NCBI GenBank assembly: GCA_951406725.2
Contig: OX597832.1
Coordinates: forward strand, 22,382,001 to 22,446,000
DNA: 64,000 nt
DNA from: Octopus vulgaris
Taxonomy: Eukaryota
Direction: 5' to 3'
The notes under the pieces are model-generated. The model was not told the DNA's origin, did no database searches, and saw only the letters and a program-made list of their open reading frames with translations. Position numbers and translations under genes: made by a program. This document shows positions 54,390 through 64,000 of this stretch, one piece after another (the stretch's first letter is position 1; the number at the start of each line of letters is the position of its first letter).

Positions 54390-54733
54390 AACTTTTTACT
54401 CTTTTACTCTCTTACTTGTTTCAGTCATTTGACTGCGGCCATGCTGGAGCACCGCCTTTAATCGAGCAACTCGCTAAGTAACGGGGACATAAACACACCA
54501 GCATCGGTTGTCAAGCAATGCTAGGGGGACAAACACAGACACACAAACACACACATATATATACATATATACGACGGGCTTCTTTCAGTTTCCGTCTACC
54601 AAATCCACTCACAAGGCTTTGGTCGGCCCAAGGCTATAATAGAAGACAGTTGCCCAAGGTGCCACGCAGTGGAACTGAACCCGGAACCATGTGGTTAGTA
54701 AACAAGCTACTTACCACACAGCCACTCCTGCGC
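54390..54733 (-). mobile_element. SINE family A (internal deletion)
   Basis: Reverse-complement copy. Confidence 0.82.
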
Positions 54734-54736
54734 CTC

Positions 54737-54828
<92 letters not shown>

Positions 54829-55088
54829 AGTTTAAAATGGTCATTACGTATACAATCAAAACGCATATTAACTGTTGCACTAACTTTTCGGTTCTTCCTT
54901 GAGAGTTCATTGTATTATGTCAATACAATTCGTCTCACCCGGGATACCTTTTCACTGACAATTTCCCCGCATTGCAATAGAGTAAGCGATCAGATCAGGT
55001 CGCACGAGTGCGACGAAAATACTTAACAACATAATAGATTCGCTGAATATATTATATTTTGAGGGTGTATATATTTAAATGAATATAT

Positions 55089-55379
55089 GTTTATATGTAT
55101 GTAAGAGAGGCTGCGAGCTGGCAGAAACATTAGCACGCCGGGCGATATGTGTAGCCGTATTTCGTCTGCCGTTACCTTCTGAGTTCAAATTCTGCCGAGA
55201 AGGATATAGGCGCTGGCGTGGCTGTGTGATAGGAAGCTTGCTTCCCAACCACATGGTTCCGGGTTCAGTCCCACTGCGTGTCTTCTACTATAGCTTCGGG
55301 CCGATCAAAGCTTTGTGAATGGATTTGGCAGACAAAAACTGAAAGAAGCCCGTCGCATATATATATATATATACATATA

Positions 55380-55458
<79 letters not shown>

Positions 55459-55735
55459 CTTTTATCATTTACTAGTTTTAGTCACTAGACTGAGGCCATG
55501 CTGGGGCACCATATATTATATGTGTGTGTTTTTGTGTCTGTCTTTGTTCTCCACCACTGGTAGACACCCGGTTTTCCTGTGTTAACATCCCTCTAACTTA
55601 TCGCTTTAGCTAAAGACACCGATAGAATATGTACCAGGCTTAAAAAAAAAACAAAAAACAAATAAATATTGGGGTCGATTCGTTCGAGGCGGTACCTCAA
55701 TATGGCCGCAGGCTAATGACTAAAGCAGGTAAAAA
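55089..55735 (+). mobile_element. Partial family B head followed by a family A SINE
   Basis: Both heads are recognisable. Confidence 0.7.
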
Positions 55736-55939
55736 ATATAATATACGTCAAAACGCAGTAAGAATTTTTAATGAAGTCAAAATTACCAAATCAAACCTCT
55801 AATTAACTACAACATGGGCTTTCAATATTAAATCACGCATCTTAACGAACGTATATCAAACTACAAGAAAACTGCTGAAGAATCTATATCCCTGACAGCT
55901 CGAATGACTGAAGAAGGTGCCATTTACAGTAAATAATTA

Positions 55940-56220
55940 ATCGAAAGTGACGCTGGTCTATTTTGAATGAAAACACCAAAGAGAAATTTTATATTAACTA
56001 TAGAAAACAAACTGAGCGGATTCAATGTGTCTGACGATCGAACCACGTTACTGCGATGCTGTAATGTATTAGGTGACTATTTCATGAAACCAGTGTTAAT
56101 TAATAGGGCTCTAAGTGTACGCGCACAACAATACACTCCCACTTCTCTGACAAACGAATAAAAAAATAATGATTAACTGCTTCAATATTTGAAACTGGTT
56201 TTATCAAAGATTTGTTCCGT
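55940..56220 (+). pseudogene. Tigger/pogo DDE transposase fossil
   Basis: DAGLF*MKTPKRNFI...SGFNVSDDRTTLLRCCNVLGDYFMKPVLI...FENWFYQRFVP resembles DETGLFWK..P..GFK..KDR.TLL..NA.GD..KP. Confidence 0.75.
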
Positions 56221-57629
56221 TTATACGAACAAAAATATTAGTTTCAAATTTTGACAGAAGGTCAACAGTTTCGGTGGATGGAGAAAGTCGAATACATCGA
56301 ACCCAGTGTTAAACTGGTACTTATTTTATCGACGCTGAAAGGATAAAATGTAAAGTCGATCTCGGCGGAATTTGAACTCAAGATGTAAAGGCGGACCAAA
56401 TGATGCAAAGTATTTTTGCCTGGTGTGCTAACGATTCTGCCATCTCTCCACCTGATCGGACGAAAATGATAATGAGTTGAAAATTTTGTTGCTAACCAAT
56501 TTCAAATTTTGACACAAGAACAGCAAGTTCGGGAGAGGGGGAAAGTCAGTGACATCGACCCCCAGTGTTCAATGGGTACTTATTTTATCGACCCTGAAAG
56601 TATAAAATGTAGAGTCGACTTCGGTGGAATTTGAACTCAAGACGGACGTAATGCCGCGAAGTATTTTTGCCTGGTGTGCTAACGATTCTGTCTGCTCTCC
56701 ACCTTATCGGGCAAAAATAATAATGAGTTGATAATTATGTTGCTAATTGATAACGCATCATTCCTTTATTGCTATTTAGAAAAGACCGACGTTTAAAATC
56801 ACTCGACACTTAATCAATCATTAGATCAAGACAGATTTTTAATTTTTGAGACAAATAATGCCAAACATTTGTATTTAAAAAAAGAAATACTGGGAGATTG
56901 GAAAAAAGATCAATTTTATGGTTCAAAGATTTGGGGAAAATTTTTCAATATTCTGTAATGTGGGAAGATAATTGTAATTATTGTCAACTCGTGAAATAAG
57001 GATATAGAAAGAAAAAAACGCAAAAAGAAAAGCCAAAACAAAAACCCACATACATAAAAAAAAAAGAAAAGAAAACGAAATGCATTTTGTTCGGCCGTTT
57101 TACCCGGAGCGGTTTTTAAATGGTTCGAAATACTGTAACAAACACAAAAAAAGAGGGAAAAAAATCTAAATTCGATATTAATTATTATCGTTGATTTAGT
57201 TGTGGAAGGCATTATGGGAGACATTGAGAAATTATTTTGCGTTACAAATGAATGGAAGATATTTAATTGACTCGCGTGCGATATCATCGTAAGCGAGTCA
57301 ATCAAAATTATGACAACGAGGCTGACGTTGATAAAGCAGTTATTGAGATTATTGTAAAAACCCTTGTAAAAGTTTCATTAGGAAAGCTTTGGATATGGAA
57401 TATAGTTTGAAATTTCAAAGAGAAATATACTTTATCGTTTATAGTTTATTCGCTTCGGTCATAGGACTGCGGCCACGCTGGGGCACATGTAAGAAATACA
57501 TGTTCGAGAATGAATGTTGGTCAAGGGCTTTAAAAGAAGTTACAGTTACTTACCCGGGATGCCACGCAGTGGGAATGAACCCGGTACCATGTGGCTGGGA
57601 AGTCAGCTTCTTAGAAATTTATGTATTTA

Positions 57630-58038
57630 TTTTTTTATTGGCCACAAAGGGCTAAACATAGAGGGGACAAACAAAGACAAAGGGATTAAATCGATTACAT
57701 CGACCCCAGTGCGTAACTGGTACTTTTTTAATCGACGCCGAAAAGATGAAAGGTAAAGTCGACCTCGGCGGAATTTGAACTCAGAACGTAGCGGCAGACG
57801 AAATACCTATTTCTTTACAACCCACAAGGGGCTAAACACAGAGAGGACAAACAAGGACAGACAAACGGATTAAGTCAATTACATCGACTCCAGTGCGTAA
57901 CTGGTACTTATTTAATCGACCCCGAAAGGATGAAAGGCAAAGTCGACCTCGGCGGAATTTGAACTCAGAACGTAGCGGCCAACGAAATATCGCTAGGCAT
58001 TTCGCCCGGCGTGCTAACGTCTCTGCTAGCTCGCCGCC
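57630..58038 (-). mobile_element. Dimeric SINE family B
   Basis: Head plus two body units. Confidence 0.85.
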
Positions 58039-58488
58039 TTGTTTGAATAAACTATTGTTCAAATATTGCTTCTTTTTTATTAACAGATTTAACCGAACAT
58101 TGAACTATCGACTCCTATTCTGAAGTTATCCCTTCCTTAAAACCTATGCCCTACTTATTATCAATCCCATCTACTTACATCACGGAGTTACACCATCCCT
58201 CATTATCTCTCTCTCTCCGGTCATCGCTTTAGAATGTATTTTCCATCCTAAATTGTTCCAGCTCATAACCTCGAGCTTAATTTTACCGATAAGTAACGAC
58301 TAATTACTGCTTCAAAAATATATTGTAACCCAAATTATTTGCTATTATTCCAATGAATCACCAGTCCCACTGCCCCAAATATTCTCCAATTCCGCAGACA
58401 CAGTAATTCGCTCGCAAATATTTACAATGGTTTACGGACAGGGATGTGAATCTCTAACTATCCGGGTCACATTGGAATTAATCCAGAG

Positions 58489-58571
<83 letters not shown>

Positions 58572-58633
58572 TATACATACTCATGCGTACTTAAAGATTA
58601 ATATACATTAATATATAACATATACACGAAAGG

Positions 58634-58691
<58 letters not shown>

Positions 58692-58756
58692 AGAATAAGT
58701 ACTAGGTTTTTAAAAAATTCCTGGGGACGATTAGTTTGACTAAAACCCTTCAAGGT

Positions 58757-58789
<33 letters not shown>

Positions 58790-59611
58790 TGTACTGTTCC
58801 GTGAAAGTAAGATAAAAAAACAGGTACTCCATCTTGTGAGAGATAAATATTTTTTTTAATAAACACAATAGGAGCTACTAATAGTTTCATGCTATGAAAA
58901 AACAGAGCCTGACGATTGCGTGAAAGCACCAGACGTGTTATAAAAAAATTCTGTCTGAGTTGCTTTCATAGCATGAAACTATTAGCAAGTCATAAAAATA
59001 TATTCTGTGTTTATCAAAAATATTACACACACACACACACACACGCATACATATAGGTAGATGGACAGACATACTGACCGACAGACAGATAGATAAAGGC
59101 ACTCAGACCTAGATAGTCCTATGAAGTAAGAATCGTTAGAGTAAGAAATGTATTCTGATTTAAGTCATTAGACCGTGGCTTTATGCAACTCTGCTTGCGT
59201 ATACAACACATACCTGCATGCATGCATACATAAATACATAGATACATACATACCGCAAATCGTCTTTTGAGTTTCCTGTAATGAATGTATGCAGACACAG
59301 TCATACATAATCATATACATACACACACTATTACATACATGTAAAGGATATGCTCATACACACACCGACACACACGCACACACACTCACACACACGCACA
59401 CACACTCACACACACGCACACACACTCACACACACGCACACACACAGACCAATTAATCGAATACACAATCCTAAACGATGGAAAATAGACATCTGCGCCA
59501 ATCACATGTCTCTTATCTCGCCCACATTCCTCAGTCACTCTCATGCAGATAGAATTATACATTCACACTGTACCCCGCCCCCGAACCCCGCTACACACAT
59601 AACATTTACCA

Positions 59612-60845
59612 CATAACTGGGACTCCGTCGATTACGACGATGCGGGTTCCCGTTGATCCGATCAACGGAGCAGCTTGCTCGTGAAATTACTTAACGTGCA
59701 AGTGGCTGAGCACTCCTCAGAGACGAGTCCCCTTAACGTAGTTCTCAGGGAAATTCAGGGTAACACAGAATGTGACAAGGCTGGCCCTTTGAAATACAGG
59801 TGCTACCGTAAATCCTCGAGTATAGTCCGCCTTTGAGTATAATACGCAGGGGATTTTTAGTGGGGGGACTGTACCTCTGAAAAATCTAAACCTTGTGTAT
59901 AATACGCACTCCTTCTCTAACTTGAGTTAAGGAGCTCTATATAACGTCCTTGGTTTGTAAAAATGTATAAGGTAATGTCCTTTATTATTATTATTATTGT
60001 ATATATAATATAATTCAAACGTGTAGCTTTATTGTGCTTTTGTTTGCAGAAAATAAAGAAATAACAGTAATAACGTTTAATGAATGTTGCTTACTGCAAG
60101 ATATGGATGATTCTTTTATTACTTCATTGCTTTCAGGCTTAGTTTAAGGTATTTTCGCACCCAACATCACAAAATGTGTCTGAATAAACATTGCCGGACA
60201 GCAAATAGAGACTCGGACATTGCTTAGAAGATGTTTTTCATTTTTAACCTCGTATATAGTACGCACTCGGGATTTTGACCTTTAAATTTTGGAGGAAAAA
60301 TGCGGATTATACTCGAGGATTTATGGTACTCATATTTGTCTGCTGAGTGGACTAGAACAAAATGAAATAAAGTGTCTTGCCCAAGGACACGAATCGTTGC
60401 CGGCAATGGAACTCAAAACCTTACAATCGTGAGCCCAAATTTTCTAGGCAGTAAGCCATCCGCTTTCACGACTCTATTACTGGCACTCCGTCGGTTACGA
60501 CGACGAGTGTTTCAGTTGATCGGATCAACGGAACAGCTTGCTCGTGATATAAACGTTCAGGTGGTTGAGCACTCCACAGATACGTTACCCTCAACGTGCA
60601 AATAGCTGAGCACTCCACTGACACATCAACGTAGTCCACAGGGAGATTCAGCGTGACGACACAGAATGTGACATGGCTGGCCCTTTCAATGACAAATACA
60701 ACTGACTTTTGCCAGCTGAGTGAACAGGAACATCGTAAACTAAAGTGTCTTGTCTAAGGACACAACGCGTCGCCGGGAATCGAACTCACAACCTTACAAT
60801 CGTGAACCGAATATCCCCAACCACTAAGCAACGAACCTTCTCCAC
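59612..60845 (-). mobile_element. Two tandem tRNA-derived SINE copies, the first split by a MITE
   Basis: About 59612-60470 and 60478-60845 share CTCCGTCG.TTACGACGA...GTGACA.GGCTGGCCCTTT...GCTGAGTG. Confidence 0.65.
59806..60326. mobile_element. pogo/Tc1-mariner-type MITE with TIRs and TA duplication
   Basis: TA|CCGTAAATCCTCGAGTATAGTCCGC ... GCGGATTATACTCGAGGATTTATGG|TA. Confidence 0.88.
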
Positions 60846-60889
60846 TTACCATATGAAGAGATTGAAAGTTTAATATTTGGCGATATTTC

Positions 60890-61698
60890 GGATTCTTCTG
60901 AAAGTGAATTTCCCCAACCATCAATGTGTATTGTTGCAAAGAGGAATATTGACGTGAAAAGCCGCCAAACAGAAGAAAATAAACAAAAAAGACGTTTTGC
61001 GTCGGCGGTTGGAGGTGGAACCCGTCAGCTGTCGACAAACAAAAATGACTTGATAAAGTACAGAGATATGATAACGATTGAAGACGGTGTTGTGAAAGTT
61101 CAACCCCCGGAAGAACTATTAATGTTAGAAAAAAGAAAAAAACAATTATCTTAAAATCTTACACTCTAAAAAGATAAAAAATTGATCGAGTGAGCGAAGA
61201 GAAAGTTGAGAAGTGCTTCAAACCCATCTGGCAGGACATCACATACCTAGCCAGAGGGAAGAAGTTTGGTACTATCGAAGTACGACTAAAAGATATAGAA
61301 ACTGCACAAATGCACTCAGTTAAATCCTTAGAAACGGAGGACGTTGTTTTAATTCCAATATATATGGGAATGAGGACGTCAAAGATACGTATACCAAGGT
61401 TCCCACCTGAAGTCGACCTTATGTGGTTGGTGGCAGCAGCCCTGGCAAAAGATGAACATAATGTAACACTCCTTCAGGCTACCGTCACAGAAAAAGGGTT
61501 ATTGGATCGGTCAAACGGTTCACTTCCTAATACAAGCAAAAAACTCAATTTTAGAACAGTTACTGGAGAAAATAGAAATTGTGGAGGAATTCCTTAACGT
61601 ATTCGTCGAGGGGCGTAAGCCCCGATGTTTCCAGTGTGGCCAGCTGGGCCATATAAATAAAACATTGTAGAGACGGCGAGGAAGAATTCGATGGTGAG

Positions 61699-61749
<51 letters not shown>

Positions 61750-63080
61750 GAAAAGAAAGCAACTGACACAAGAGAAAAATGGAAAGCTCAAATCAACAAC
61801 AAAGACTAAACAAAAATGACCAAAAAAAATACTAAAACAATGATAATAAAAACTGCGAAAAGAAATAAACCAAAAATAGTAAGGAAGGAAGCAGAAGACA
61901 GAGGGATAGTTGCGTTATACAGCAAAAATGAAGATTTAATGAGAGAAATAAAAGCGAAAAAATCAGCCACTAGGATTGCAGAACTTACTGATAAATATAA
62001 GAACTACGAGTTCTACGAAATGGATAAAAAGACCCATAATGTATAACTTAACACTTATAGAAAGTCGGCGTCGATGATGAGATTGGATTTTAATCAATCC
62101 ATTTTTCAAGACTTGCCACCTCCGACCCTATTTCAAGAAAAGCTGGAGAGTCCCTCTCCACAGGACACCCTGGATTAAATATGTAAGTAATGTCTATTCA
62201 CTTGGGTTGTGTAAATGTTCGTGGCCTGATATCTAGTTGGAAGCAAAGGCGCTTCCTAAACGACATCAGATCAAGAAAATTGGATATGATTGTTGCAACG
62301 GAAACCCGGGTGAAGGGACCAAAAGATCTGCTCCCCCTCCTAAATGACTATGAGAAATACGTTTCTCCGAGTCGAGCAGGAGGTGGGGTGGGGTGTTGGT
62401 CCTACTAAAAAGAAACCGGGTAGCCCAGAAAAAGTTGGTTCTTTTCCAATCCAGAAGGCAGGTTGGTCGTTCTCGACCTGACATTCAGCTGTGGCAAGAT
62501 AATCTGGCTGGTTGCAATTTATGCACCCAACGTTATGGGCCCGCAAAGTGAATATTTTCGTGACCTGGGCAAGTTCCTGGCCACATCGAATTCGTTAATA
62601 CTGGTAGGAGACTTTAACACAATCTGTGACGCACACAGAGATTGTGTTGGCTCGAACACGAAAAGAAAATGTAACCCTGGCTTACGGGATCTACTAAGTC
62701 ACTTTCAGCTGGCAAATCCATATAGGTTGGAACACCCGAACAGTCCACAGTGGACGTGGTCAAATAGTGACGGGTTTTCCAGAATATATCTAGATAGGGT
62801 TTTAATTAGAAAAACAGATAAGTCCATAGCTAAGTGTCCACATCTTTATTTAGTCAGCTACAGTGACCACATGATCCCTTTTGGCGATTGAGGAGTACAG
62901 AAAGCAGATCGAGATGTTAATACAGAGGGCATTGACAGGTTCCATCAGTAATAACAAATGGTCGTACGCCTTAAAAGGAGCCATAAAATATGAGTCTATT
63001 ATTATATGAGCATAAGTTTAGCTAAGAAGGGACGTAGAATAAGAGATGGTTTAGTTAAGGAACTAGAAGAAGCCTGGAGG
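60890..63080 (+). mobile_element. Decayed Tx1/L1-like LINE (ORF1 zinc knuckle and APE endonuclease, RT missing)
   Basis: EGRKPRCFQCGQLGHINK-HC (~61608-61670, frameshift). ORF2 from 62190 has NVRGL, ET, AIYAPN, LVGDFN, WTW, LDR and SDH, with frameshifts. Confidence 0.88.
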
Positions 63081-63177
63081 GCTGTTTCACCGTTTCGGGG
63101 CTGATGAATTAAGTACCAGTTTCGCACTGGGGTCGATCTAATCGACCCCAGTATTTCGGGCCTTGTGCCTAGATCAG

Positions 63178-63256
<79 letters not shown>

Positions 63257-63395
63257 CGGAGATGTACTCGCATAGCAAGTAATTTGATCTGAGATCGTGT
63301 GCTGAAACGAAAACAGTTGCAGCGTGGAAGGTGTTTATAAGCCATTTAAGAAACACACAAAAGCCGTTCGATTCACTTCAACATTTAAGCTTAAT

Positions 63396-63443
63396 TTGTC
63401 AAAATATTTTCGTCGCTAAAATCCGCGACCTGTTCACTGACAA
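63396..63443 (-). ncRNA. Type I hammerhead variant with G3:C8 swap (left arm)
   Basis: UUGUCA-GUGAACA-G-GUCGC-ggauuuua-GCGAC-GAAA-AUAU-UU^UGACAA. Confidence 0.62.
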
Positions 63444-63472
63444 AAATCCGTGCTGAGATGCAGCACGGATTT

Positions 63473-63520
63473 TTGTCGGTGAACAGGTCGCGGATTTTAG
63501 CGACGAAAATATTTTGACAA
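63473..63520 (+). ncRNA. Type I hammerhead variant with G3:C8 swap (right arm)
   Basis: Mirror copy. The first stem I pair is G-U. Confidence 0.58.
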
Positions 63521-63600
63521 ATTAAACTTAAATGTTGAAGTGAATCGAACGGCTTTTGTGTGTTTCTTAAATGGCTTATAAACACCTTCCACGCTGCAAT

Positions 63601-63647
<47 letters not shown>

Positions 63648-63679
63648 CATACATACGTACATACAAACACACACACACT

Positions 63680-64000
<321 letters not shown>

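Larger units (their letters stand above)
63317..63599. repeat. Near-perfect palindrome (139 bp arms, 5 nt loop, 2 mismatches)
   Basis: 63317-63455 against 63461-63599, between (TA)n tracts. Confidence 0.95.

Overview
This is AT-rich, microsatellite-saturated animal genomic DNA. The SINE families and repeat landscape resemble Octopus (inference). No host protein-coding gene can be supported, and almost all listed ORFs are translated microsatellites. Main contents: (1) a ~14 kb tandem tRNA-Pro array (about 14.7-28.9 kb) with 15 full-length genes (6 AGG, 6 CGG, 3 TGG) and at least 8 pseudogenes. It is built from a ~1.74 kb unit and a ~4.5 kb higher-order duplication, and each unit carries a fossil restriction-like endonuclease fragment. 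(2) Many tRNA-derived SINEs, RTE and Tx1/L1-like LINE remnants, Helitron/Helentron-like elements and pogo/Tigger-like elements. (3) Short non-coding inserts in (TA)n tracts that carry hammerhead ribozyme motifs and/or long palindromes, probably Penelope-like element remnants. Most notable: two different inserts (7.8/8.6 kb and 54.0 kb) contain exact hammerhead cores with covarying stems I and III, but in a strand order that fits none of types I, II or III, suggesting a pseudoknotted hammerhead topology. All RNA structures were paired by eye and are untested, and transposon boundaries are approximate.
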